Below are positions 18,501 to 26,956 of a DNA stretch of 34,649 bases, one piece after another. Every line of letters begins with the position of its first letter. Positions within the stretch are counted from its first letter, which is position 1. The position numbers were made by a program, and so were the translations under genes. Origin of the DNA: an uncultured archaeon (GTDB taxonomy: Archaea; Asgardarchaeota; Thorarchaeia; Thorarchaeales; Thorarchaeaceae); the NCBI GenBank assembly GCA_964631415.1, contig CAZVZC010000022.1, positions 1 through 34,649 of the forward strand, written 5' to 3'. Below the pieces are notes generated by a model, which worked only from the letters and a program-made list of their open reading frames with translations, was not told where the DNA came from and did no database searches.

Positions 18501-19433
18501 TCACTCAGACATCCTGTCTTTCCCGACGAATCTGAGGGTCTTCCCTCGATATGGTACAACAACCTGTAGTGCCGCGAAGTAAGGCATGTTCAGTTTTAGG
18601 GCTATGTCCTGAAGAGTTCGTGTACCGTCGCAGAGCGTGAGGACTGGCTGGTGTTCCTTCTTGACCTTCTTTATGTCGCCCATGAATAGAGGAAACTCCA
18701 CAATCGTTCTGGTACCTGACTCCATGTCCTCAGGACAGTCCACAGTCACGATGCGTTCAGAAACGCACCACGTGACAACGTTGATCACCTGCTCTACGGT
18801 CTTTGCCAAGAGCTCTGACAGTTTGAACACAGTCTTCTTCTCATCAATCAGCAGTAGTACGTCCACACACGGATTGCCGAACTTGCCCTTCAATTCCTTG
18901 TTCAAATTCGAACCTAGAGTGAGCGCTTCAGAATACCTAGCACCGCGATGGACCACACAACCATGTCTCACAACGACAGTTTCAGACGGCTGCGGCTTTG
19001 TAGGAGCAGGCTTTTGCTCCTGCCCGACCATCGGAGCCATAGTTTCCACGGTTGCTCCTTCAAGGGCTTCGGGCGATTGCTCCGTCAGTTGCTCGACTTC
19101 AATGTTTGATGGGGGTGGTGGAAGTTGAACCTGCTCAAGCATGTCAACAACCACCTTTGTCTTTTGAAGCGCACTTCCTAGAGACTCCCCAGAGAAGCAG
19201 ACAGCAAGCACCCAATTGGGGTCGACTCGTGAGAGGACCACAATCCCCTCATTCGTCATGACGTTTACAAGCTTGAGCGATGAGGAGTGTATCTTCATGG
19301 CACCACGAATCTGAGGAAAGACACCCTCTGGAAGAGAGAACGACAGAAAGGGCTGGCCATCGTTCGTGATCAGTGCGAAGCCAGTGACTGAACTGTCGTA
19401 CCTCAGCTTTCCGAGTATGCGTTCAAGCTCCAC
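18501..19433 (-). CDS. roadblock/LC7-like domain + Pro-rich linker + tandem winged-helix protein (paralog 1)
   Basis: LERILGKL..VTGFALITNDG...EGIVVLSRVDPNWVLAV...LGSALQKTK, then LPPPP, then IDEKKTVFKLS and CDGTRTLQDIA. Confidence 0.72.
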   Translation of the reverse strand: MELERILGKLRYDSSVTGFALITNDGQPFLSFSLPEGVFPQIRGAMKIHSSSLKLVNVMTNEGIVVLSRVDPNWVLAVCFSGESLGSALQKTKVVVDMLEQVQLPPPPSNIEVEQLTEQSPEALEGATVETMAPMVGQEQKPAPTKPQPSETVVVRHGCVVHRGARYSEALTLGSNLNKELKGKFGNPCVDVLLLIDEKKTVFKLSELLAKTVEQVINVVTWCVSERIVTVDCPEDMESGTRTIVEFPLFMGDIKKVKKEHQPVLTLCDGTRTLQDIALKLNMPYFAALQVVVPYRGKTLRFVGKDRMSE

Positions 19434-19478
19434 CTAGAGGCATCCTTCCTCTGGACTGCAAATACCACAGGACAGCTC

Positions 19479-20588
19479 TCACACCTGTTTAATTAGGTTA
19501 CTTCCGACACTCGAAACGCTAGGATTCCCTTTCAGGAACTCAATCACGTCGCTTCTTGAGGGATGAGTTGCGGAGGGAGAGGAAACGTAGAGAGCAGCCG
19601 CTGAGTTAGCTCACAATAGACGCTCTCTAGGGTCAAGGCCAAGAAGTGTACCTAGTATGTCACCTGCGTTCCACGAGTCGGCTGCGCCACACGTAACCCT
19701 CACTGGAACCTCAAATGCAGGGATCGCCGTCACATGGTCGTCGTCAATACTGGCTGAGAAATGAGGAGTGTGGAAGTCGACCCGCACACCGGTCTCGTGC
19801 GAAACAGTCTTGGCAGCGGGAATCCAGTCCTTTGGTCGTGAGAGAATATTGCGCCAGCGTTCGCTGTCTCTGTCAACTGCACGGGCAAACCAACCGGCCT
19901 CGTTCTCATTCATACCCAAGATGTCAACAAGGCCGTCGGTCAACACTCTCTTTGCCAAGGGCTTGACAATGGCGGAGTTGTAAGAGGGGTCGCCCATGTC
20001 CATGAAGGTTTTCGCCTTAGTTTCAGACCTAACCATCGAGAACAGGTCTCTTGCGAACTCGGCTGCGTTCCTATTGTGGTTCAGGCACAGAAGCGCGACC
20101 AGAGGACTCTCTCGTATGACCTGAAGATCTCGGTCAGTCAAGTCGGCAAATTTGAAGCTGGAAACAGATCCACTATCACTCACCATCAGGTTGACTCTTC
20201 GCCCTTTGTAGTCAGCCTCGATTGAAACAGTCGCAGCAAGGTGCCCATCAGTATGTACGTGGGTGAGATCCAGCTGTGGGTTCACAAGGCTGTGGAGCAA
20301 TGAAGAACCATGAGCATCAGTTGTGACAATCAGATGCGCGCCTAGGCCGAGAGCAAGTAGGGCTGAAGCGGTGTTGACGGAGTTACCACCCCGACGAATG
20401 ATCTGAGATGTGCCTGTGAGATTGCCCCCGCCTTGCTCTGCTAGACGCTTGAGACCTTCAATGAAATCGTCTAGAGTCCCTGTTATTACAAAGTGGTCAA
20501 CAAAGAAATCGGGTAGAATAGTGGGCGGCTTGAGTACAAGCGGACTGCGTAGGGCTTCGAGAAGTCTGCCAGATTCCAGCATTCCCAC
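19479..20588 (-). CDS. PfkB/ribokinase-family carbohydrate kinase, interrupted by in-frame TGA at 19611-19613 (pseudogene, readthrough or error)
   Basis: GGNSVNTASAL, MNENEA and TCGAADSWNAG motifs. After the TGA the frame continues ANSAAALYVSSPSATHPSRSDVIEFL..., the conserved PfkB C-terminal helix. Confidence 0.85.
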
Positions 20589-20615
20589 ACACCAGAGGAG
20601 AGTCTGAGCTTGGCT

Positions 20616-21065
20616 CTAGACCTTCTTCAGGGCCGCTTTGACCATTGCTGTCAGGCGGTCCTCTGTGATTCCGGTCTTCTTGGCCACCTTGTCAATCTCA
20701 CAATAGGCGAGCTCAGATAGTGACTTGACTCCTGCTTGGACCAGCTTCTCTGCATCCGCCTTCTTGACCAACCTCACTGTCATAAGCTCTGCTAGTGAAT
20801 CCTCGGTCGGCTTTGCGGGCGGGACAGCTTTCGTCGGCTCGGGAACAACCGTCTCCCTGATATCTTTGACATACTGCTTCAGAGCCTCAACATTCTCCTC
20901 ATGAGAGGTCTTGCGACGCAGGTCGACAATAAGTCCCATGGAGCGGGCATCCATCACGGATAGCTCGGCTTGAGAGATCTCTTCGGCACTGAAACCACGA
21001 CCCCTTCGGGGATGTGTGGTCTTTGATGACTTGACGACGGGCTCTGGCACCAAAGTGAAGGTCAT
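20616..21065 (-). CDS. rpl13e: 50S ribosomal protein eL13 fused to C-terminal helix-hairpin-helix domain
   Basis: RRGRGFSAEEI...GLIVDLRRKTSHEENVEALK, Pro-rich linker, then AEKLVQAGVKSLSELA...VAKKTGITE. GGTGG RBS before ATG 21065. Confidence 0.9.
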   Translation of the reverse strand: MTFTLVPEPVVKSSKTTHPRRGRGFSAEEISQAELSVMDARSMGLIVDLRRKTSHEENVEALKQYVKDIRETVVPEPTKAVPPAKPTEDSLAELMTVRLVKKADAEKLVQAGVKSLSELAYCEIDKVAKKTGITEDRLTAMVKAALKKV

Positions 21066-21136
21066 GAACGGAACCACCTAGCCGGGCTCCCCGCCTCCGG
21101 GTCCTCTTATTAGCCTTTCGAGGTAACCAGCAGTGT

Positions 21137-21958
21137 TCAGAAATCATAAAGTGACGTCTGGGTGACAGACCCGCGCTCCTGCATGCGTTCCAGTTTTGCC
21201 TTCTGACGCGTGTTCGCCAGACCCATCAAGTCAATCATCTGCAGAGCATTAAGTGGAGCGTTCCCACTGAAGTGGTTGTTAAAGTATCCGAGTACAGTTT
21301 CTGTCTTCGTCAGTAGCTGTTCCAGTTTGGGTCGCCACACCTCTAATTCGTCAGTTGAGTAGCGATAGTTGTACCAAGGTCTGCTGCCATGTCCGTGCCA
21401 TCTGACGTATGCGAAATCAGTGGTGACCCGAAGGTCAACTGGCAGCTTAGGTTCATCAACAATGACGTAGCCGATGTTGTTCTTCTCCAACAGCTGCCAG
21501 TAGTGTTCTGTGAGCCAGGCCTCGTGTCTGAACTCAACCGCGTATCGGAACCTCGGATCAAGGTCTGCGAAGAACGATTCGATGTCGGCCAGCCTAGATG
21601 GCTCCCAAGGTGGCAGTTGTATCAACAACACGCCCAACTTCTTTTGTAACGGGGCCATGAGTGCAAAGAAATCACTGAGGACCTGCCCACCTTCGCCGCT
21701 GACGTCGAGCTTGTTGTCATGAGTCACCTCTTTTGGAATCTTTGCGGTGAACAGCACATCACTACTCGTGAAGCCAGACAGGTGTTTCACCATTGCCGGC
21801 TGAGGCAGGGAGTAGAAGGTCGAATTGATCTCCACAGTATCGAAATAGTCTAGATACTGTTGGAACATTGGGGTGCCTTTCTTGTAGAAGACACCTGCCC
21901 AGTCTTCCTTGTAGCTCCAGCCGGACGTGCCAATTCGTAGGCCCTTTCTGAGATTCAC
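21137..21958 (-). CDS. DUF72 (YecE-like) TIM-barrel protein
   Basis: IGTSGWSY, VEINSTFY, LIQLPP, AVEFRH, YVRWHG and YFNNH; start is uncertain (GTG 21958 or 21982). Confidence 0.92.
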   Translation of the reverse strand: MNLRKGLRIGTSGWSYKEDWAGVFYKKGTPMFQQYLDYFDTVEINSTFYSLPQPAMVKHLSGFTSSDVLFTAKIPKEVTHDNKLDVSGEGGQVLSDFFALMAPLQKKLGVLLIQLPPWEPSRLADIESFFADLDPRFRYAVEFRHEAWLTEHYWQLLEKNNIGYVIVDEPKLPVDLRVTTDFAYVRWHGHGSRPWYNYRYSTDELEVWRPKLEQLLTKTETVLGYFNNHFSGNAPLNALQMIDLMGLANTRQKAKLERMQERGSVTQTSLYDF

Positions 21959-22018
21959 ACCTAGGCCATGGTACGTTAACACGTTTCTGTCTTACGCAGG
22001 CCACCACACACGCATCGG

Positions 22019-22390
22019 ATGGCTGGAAAACAGAGGTTCATAAGATACCACAGCGACGCCCGTCTTCGTGAGAAACAGATGAAAGCAGAGAGGGTCAAGG
22101 CCGAATTCAGCAACCTCGAGACTCATGTGGGTGCATTTCGCGAGAAGAACTTCAGCATCAAGTGCAATGCGACTTATGAGAACGAGTTTCTCACAATCGA
22201 CGGTGGGAAGAGAGTCGTCAGGCTTCATATGCGCAACATAGACAACGTCCACATCGAAAAGAAATCAATCAGGATTGCGGCGATAAACTTCGAGATAACC
22301 GAGGGAGGACAGACAAGCGTAGCCAGCGGCTCAATCAGGATTGAGGTCGGCGATGCTGTAGAAGCATGGTACAAGGAGCTTTGGGGCTAG
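22019..22390 (+). CDS. hypothetical protein, possible PH-like fold
   Basis: 123-aa ORF with beta-strand pattern ending in helix DAVEAWYKELW. Confidence 0.7.
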   Translation: MAGKQRFIRYHSDARLREKQMKAERVKAEFSNLETHVGAFREKNFSIKCNATYENEFLTIDGGKRVVRLHMRNIDNVHIEKKSIRIAAINFEITEGGQTSVASGSIRIEVGDAVEAWYKELWG

Positions 22391-22465
22391 ATATCCTCCC
22401 AGAGTAGGCTTAAAATACAGGTTCTTCCGCGGCGACCTCGCAGCCGCAAAGGGGGCTTAGAACAG

Positions 22466-23773
22466 GTGCCAGACAACATCGAATACGTAGAGATGCAGTT
22501 CGTTGACATGTTGGGACGTCTCAAAGCAATGGTTGTGCCATGCGATCCAGCAGATTCAATCGAAGTGCTCGCCAGAGACCCCATTCTGAGAAAGGGAGCG
22601 AGTGTGGATGGAAGCTCTGTCACTGGCATGGCAAGTGTTGAGATGTCAGACCTAAGACTCGACCCGGATCTGTCAACGCTTATTGAACTGCCCTATACAG
22701 CTCATAGGACTGCTGCAGTGATGTGTTTCTTAAGGGATAAGATGCCGTCGCAGGGCAGCCGCTCCTATCATCCAAAGGACAGCCGTTCAGTATTGCACCG
22801 AGTCTGTGAGAGCCTGTTGCCAGACCAGATGCATGTCAGAGTAAAGGCGGAGCCCGAGTTCTATTTCATAACCTCAGAGGGGGACAAGGTCGATGAGGGG
22901 TGTTATGCAGACACATATCCTACAAGCCCCGCGGCGGATGTCTTGATTGAGCTGGCCAGCTACGTGAAACAGATTGGCATGCGCCCGCTTGTTGCCCATC
23001 ATGAGGGAGGACACTCTCAACAGGAGATTGAGATTGACTTCGACGATGTGAGAAGGATGTCTGACTATATTGTCCTCTTCAAGAACTTCGCGAAGGTAGT
23101 TACTCAGGACCATGGTCTTGATGTCACCTTCATGCCAAAACCGTTCCGGGGGTCAGCAGGTAGCGGCATGCATGCTCACCTCCAGTTGTGGGATGCAAAG
23201 AAGAACCTATTCGGCTCAGAAACCGGCGCGGACCTGTCGGACACGGCAAAGAGTTTCATCGCCGGGTTGCTCGAACATGCACCTGCAATCACTGCAATAG
23301 CCAATCCAACCATAAACTCTTACAAGAGACTCGTGCCTCGCATGGAAGCACCAGTGTACATATGTTGGGGGTATCGGAATCGCACGGTCCTCGTCAGGAT
23401 ACCGCTGTTCGCCGAGAGCCAAAAAGCCGCAGTGGAGTTCAGGTCACCTGATGGGATATGTAACCCGTATCTCCTGTTCTCAGCCCTGATAGCGGCAGGC
23501 ATGGACGGCGTTGACAGGGCACTCACCTCTCCTGAGCCACGGTCTGAAGATGTCTTTGCTCTTACGGACGAGGAGAGAGATAGACTTGGAATCAGAACAC
23601 TGCCAACCACACTGGAGGAGGCTCTCAACTGCCTAGAGCAGGACTCCTTGATCAGAGAAGCGCTGGGGTCCCAGCTTTGTGAGAATTATGTGAGGATAAA
23701 GCGTGATGAATGGAGAGAGTACGTCAGCGGAACTGTGACCGACTGGGAGTGGGAGAAGTACTCGACACTCTAA
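22466..23773 (+). CDS. glnA: glutamine synthetase type I
   Basis: DGSS, EPEFY, HHE..QQEI, FMPKP, GSGMHAH, NSYKRLVP.EAP, NRTVLVRIP and EFRSPD. Confidence 0.92.
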   Translation: MPDNIEYVEMQFVDMLGRLKAMVVPCDPADSIEVLARDPILRKGASVDGSSVTGMASVEMSDLRLDPDLSTLIELPYTAHRTAAVMCFLRDKMPSQGSRSYHPKDSRSVLHRVCESLLPDQMHVRVKAEPEFYFITSEGDKVDEGCYADTYPTSPAADVLIELASYVKQIGMRPLVAHHEGGHSQQEIEIDFDDVRRMSDYIVLFKNFAKVVTQDHGLDVTFMPKPFRGSAGSGMHAHLQLWDAKKNLFGSETGADLSDTAKSFIAGLLEHAPAITAIANPTINSYKRLVPRMEAPVYICWGYRNRTVLVRIPLFAESQKAAVEFRSPDGICNPYLLFSALIAAGMDGVDRALTSPEPRSEDVFALTDEERDRLGIRTLPTTLEEALNCLEQDSLIREALGSQLCENYVRIKRDEWREYVSGTVTDWEWEKYSTL

Positions 23774-24031
23774 TAGTCACTTGGATGGTTGAAAAGCCCG
23801 TCAGAAACATCCAGTGCAGCAAACAGTAATCAGTCACTTCGTAGAGTTAGGCAGCAATGGCCAGAGGATTGTGGGCCGTGCCGCACAATGGCAACAGACA
23901 TGATCCGCTCGCAGTGAGTGATGCCAAACTGGGCCTGAGTCACTCACGTCATGGAAATTGACCCCACATCCATTTGCTTCTTAGATAGCCTTAAGAGCAT
24001 CTCTCCTGACGCAGCGATTCCGTGAAGATGA

Positions 24032-25435
24032 ATGGACAGTTTCTCGATTGGGAGAAAGGAAGTCCGGAGAGCAGCTGCACTTTCCGTCCTCGCAGCAGTC
24101 TTCTTGACGACCATGAAGCTAGTTCTTGGTATGCTCACTAATTCACTGGGTATCTTATCTGAGGCACTGCACAGTGGCCTAGACCTCACGGCGGCAGGAA
24201 TCACATTCGTGGCCGTGACGAGAGCCTCCAGAGCTCCGGACCGTGATCACCTCTACGGACATGGCAAGGCAGAGAATTTTGCAGCATTAGCGGAAACCTT
24301 TCTCCTATGGGTAACTTCAGCATGGATCATATACGAGGCCGTAAGGAGGATAATGTTCCAAGAGTGGCCCGTGCCCTCACCCTGGGGCATTGTAGTCATG
24401 GCCATAAGCATCATTGTCGACCGTGAGAGAAGTCAGATGCTCTTCAGAGTAGCCAGGAAGAATGGTAGTCAGGCACTAGAGGCTGATGCACTGCACTTCA
24501 GTACAGACATGTTGAGTTCGACTGTAGTATTGATTGGAGTCCTCTTCGTCCTGATTGGCGTCCCCATTGCAGACCCGATAGCCGGACTGGGTGTGTCTGT
24601 CGTGATTCTATCTGTTTCTTATAGGCTGGGTAGAAGGGCTTCCGACGTGCTAATGGATCGTGCGCCACAAGGTTTACGTGACGAGATCAGCCGCAGGTGT
24701 TCCGATATCCCAGGTGTGATCGGATGTAAGCGCATTCGAGTAAGAACCGCTGGGCCAGAGTTGTTTATTGATCTCGTGGTTGCCGTCGACGAGTCTGTAG
24801 AGATTGCGGACGCTCACCTGATCGCTGAGAGCTTGGAGAAGGCACTTGCCGGTCTGGCTCACAAAGTAGACGTGATGGTTCAGGTGGATCCCTCAACGCC
24901 AACCAACATGGAACAGCCGCGGGAGAATGTCTACACACATCTACAGAAGCTGGCAAGAGCGGAGCCAGATATTGTGAGCCTTCACAACGTCCGTATCCAT
25001 GTCCTGTCTGACAGGACCAAGATTGACGCACACCTCGAGATGACGCCCGATATGACTCTTGAGAAGGCGCACGAGGTCTCTGACAGGTTCGAGGTTCTCA
25101 TACGAGAAGGAATCCCAAGGATTGACAAGGTGACTCTGCACCTCGAAACAACAGGCATTGAGGACTCGGCCAAAGACGTCACTGGGCAGACCGAAGACAT
25201 CATCAGTTCTGTCAGGAAGATTGTAGAGGCGCAGACTCCGGCACGCGACTGTCACGACATCACGCTGGAAGAGGACGAGGCGGGACTTGTTCTGTCGCTA
25301 GACTGTAGATTGAACGGGGACATATCTCTGACCGATAGCCATCAAGTGGCGGAGAAAGTCGAGCGCGTGATCAAGGATGCTTTTCCGAAGATAACTTGGG
25401 TCTTCGTCCATGTCGAGCCCCTGAGCCAAGATTAA
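24032..25435 (+). CDS. cation diffusion facilitator (FieF-like) with three C-terminal metal-binding/dimerisation domains
   Basis: SEALHSGLD, HLYGHGKAE and ALEADALHFSTD; three repeated CTD units ending VMVQVDP, VTLHLET and VFVHVEP. Confidence 0.93.
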   Translation: MDSFSIGRKEVRRAAALSVLAAVFLTTMKLVLGMLTNSLGILSEALHSGLDLTAAGITFVAVTRASRAPDRDHLYGHGKAENFAALAETFLLWVTSAWIIYEAVRRIMFQEWPVPSPWGIVVMAISIIVDRERSQMLFRVARKNGSQALEADALHFSTDMLSSTVVLIGVLFVLIGVPIADPIAGLGVSVVILSVSYRLGRRASDVLMDRAPQGLRDEISRRCSDIPGVIGCKRIRVRTAGPELFIDLVVAVDESVEIADAHLIAESLEKALAGLAHKVDVMVQVDPSTPTNMEQPRENVYTHLQKLARAEPDIVSLHNVRIHVLSDRTKIDAHLEMTPDMTLEKAHEVSDRFEVLIREGIPRIDKVTLHLETTGIEDSAKDVTGQTEDIISSVRKIVEAQTPARDCHDITLEEDEAGLVLSLDCRLNGDISLTDSHQVAEKVERVIKDAFPKITWVFVHVEPLSQD

Positions 25436-25502
25436 TATCTGTGTGTCTGCTAGCATCCTGTGGGGTTCTGACCAGTTGAGTGACCGCTGTCAAGGAAAGG
25501 TA

Positions 25503-26255
25503 TTGGGTTCGCCAGAGGCCCAAGTCGTTCAGACCAAAGAACTGAAGCTGAACCAGCCTCTGCTTTTGTGCTGTTTTCCATCGGCAGGCGTTGTCGGCAT
25601 CATTGTCGCGAATACGATGGTCGAGCAGTTTGAGATGGAGGAGATTGCCCACATAAGATCCAAGTACATGCCCTCTGCAGCAATCTTCATGGACGGCAGA
25701 CTACGACATCCATTCCGGGTCTATGGAGACAAGACGAGAAATCTGCTGGTCGTGACCACGGAACTGCCGGTCATGGAGGAGGGGATGTATGCTGTGAGCT
25801 CAGCACTACTTGACTGGGCTGCCACCATGGGTGTCAAGGAACTCGTCGTGCTTGACGGGATTCCGGTTCAGGGTCTGCCAACTGACCGCAAAGTGCTGTA
25901 CGCGGCCGAGGAGGAGAAGATAGAGGAGCTACAGAAGTACAAGAGCCTTGAAATGCTGAAGAAAGGAATCATCACAGGCATTGCTGGCTCGATACTCTCG
26001 GAAACGCTCTGCAGGTCCATGGTCGGTTTTGCATTGTTGACCCCAGCAATTGCAGTCGTACCTGACCCAGAGGGAGCTATCCAGCTCATCGATGCTCTGA
26101 ATAAGCTCTACAAGATTGGAGTCGACACCAAGGAACTGAAGGAGTCAGCCGAAGAGATTCGTCGACGGATGGAAGAGATGGCTCAGCAGGTCGATGGAAT
26201 GCGAAAGACCCAGCCGCAGCTCGGAGCGCCCGGCTACGAAAGGATGTACGCCTAG
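25503..26255 (+). CDS. PAC2-family proteasome assembly chaperone (Pba-like) with C-terminal HbYX motif
   Basis: FPSAGVVGIIVA, HPFRVY, GIAGSIL and PDPEGA; ends ...ERMYA. Start probably TTG 25503. Confidence 0.9.
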   Translation: MGSPEAQVVQTKELKLNQPLLLCCFPSAGVVGIIVANTMVEQFEMEEIAHIRSKYMPSAAIFMDGRLRHPFRVYGDKTRNLLVVTTELPVMEEGMYAVSSALLDWAATMGVKELVVLDGIPVQGLPTDRKVLYAAEEEKIEELQKYKSLEMLKKGIITGIAGSILSETLCRSMVGFALLTPAIAVVPDPEGAIQLIDALNKLYKIGVDTKELKESAEEIRRRMEEMAQQVDGMRKTQPQLGAPGYERMYA

Positions 26256-26322
26256 GGCGGGCACGACGTTCCCTCGTCCGTTCGGAAGTGTCTGTTACAC
26301 CGACAGACCACTACTAGGGGGT

Positions 26323-26883
26323 TCATTCGTCGCTGCACGTGTCGTATGCTTCCTGAGCACCTTGGGCGTTCTTCTCCCCGGCCTTGCCGGGCCACTTCTC
26401 CTCGATCACATGCTTGACCGTGGCAAGCTTCACATATCCCGTCGCTTTTGCAAATGCTCCCAGCATGGTCGTATTCACGACGGGAAGACCCGCCACCAAG
26501 AGACCATACTTCAATGCGATCCCGGTGCCGTCATAGGCGTATACGTGGCCCTCTCTCAGGTGAAGCTCACTAGCCCTTCTAGACGTGTTGACAATGACCT
26601 TGCCCCTTGGCTTCAGACCCTCTGTAACGTCCGTCAGCTCAATTATGCTTGGGTCGAGTACTGCGACAACGTCTGGTTCATATATCTGGCTTCTAACGTT
26701 TATTTCTTCGCTGGATATTCTGGTGAAAGCTCTAACGGGTGCTCCTCTTCGTTCTGCCCCGAAATACGGAAAGGCCTGAATCCCCTTGTAACCATCGAGA
26801 TAAGCTGCTTTGGCCAGTAGCTCAGCGGATGTGACTCCACCTTGCCCTCCTCTGCCGTGCCACCTGATCTCAATCATTGGCAT
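26323..26883 (-). CDS. pyruvate/2-oxoacid:ferredoxin oxidoreductase gamma subunit
   Basis: MIEIRWHGRGGQGGVT, FPYFGAERRGAPV and NTTMLGA; AGGAG RBS before ATG 26883. Confidence 0.95.
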   Translation of the reverse strand: MPMIEIRWHGRGGQGGVTSAELLAKAAYLDGYKGIQAFPYFGAERRGAPVRAFTRISSEEINVRSQIYEPDVVAVLDPSIIELTDVTEGLKPRGKVIVNTSRRASELHLREGHVYAYDGTGIALKYGLLVAGLPVVNTTMLGAFAKATGYVKLATVKHVIEEKWPGKAGEKNAQGAQEAYDTCSDE

Positions 26884-26956
26884 TTGTGGTGCTCCTGTCG
26901 CTGCCTTGCGGCCGCGGACCAGCCAGTACTGCAGGGACAAAACTCTTTCGTATGAC

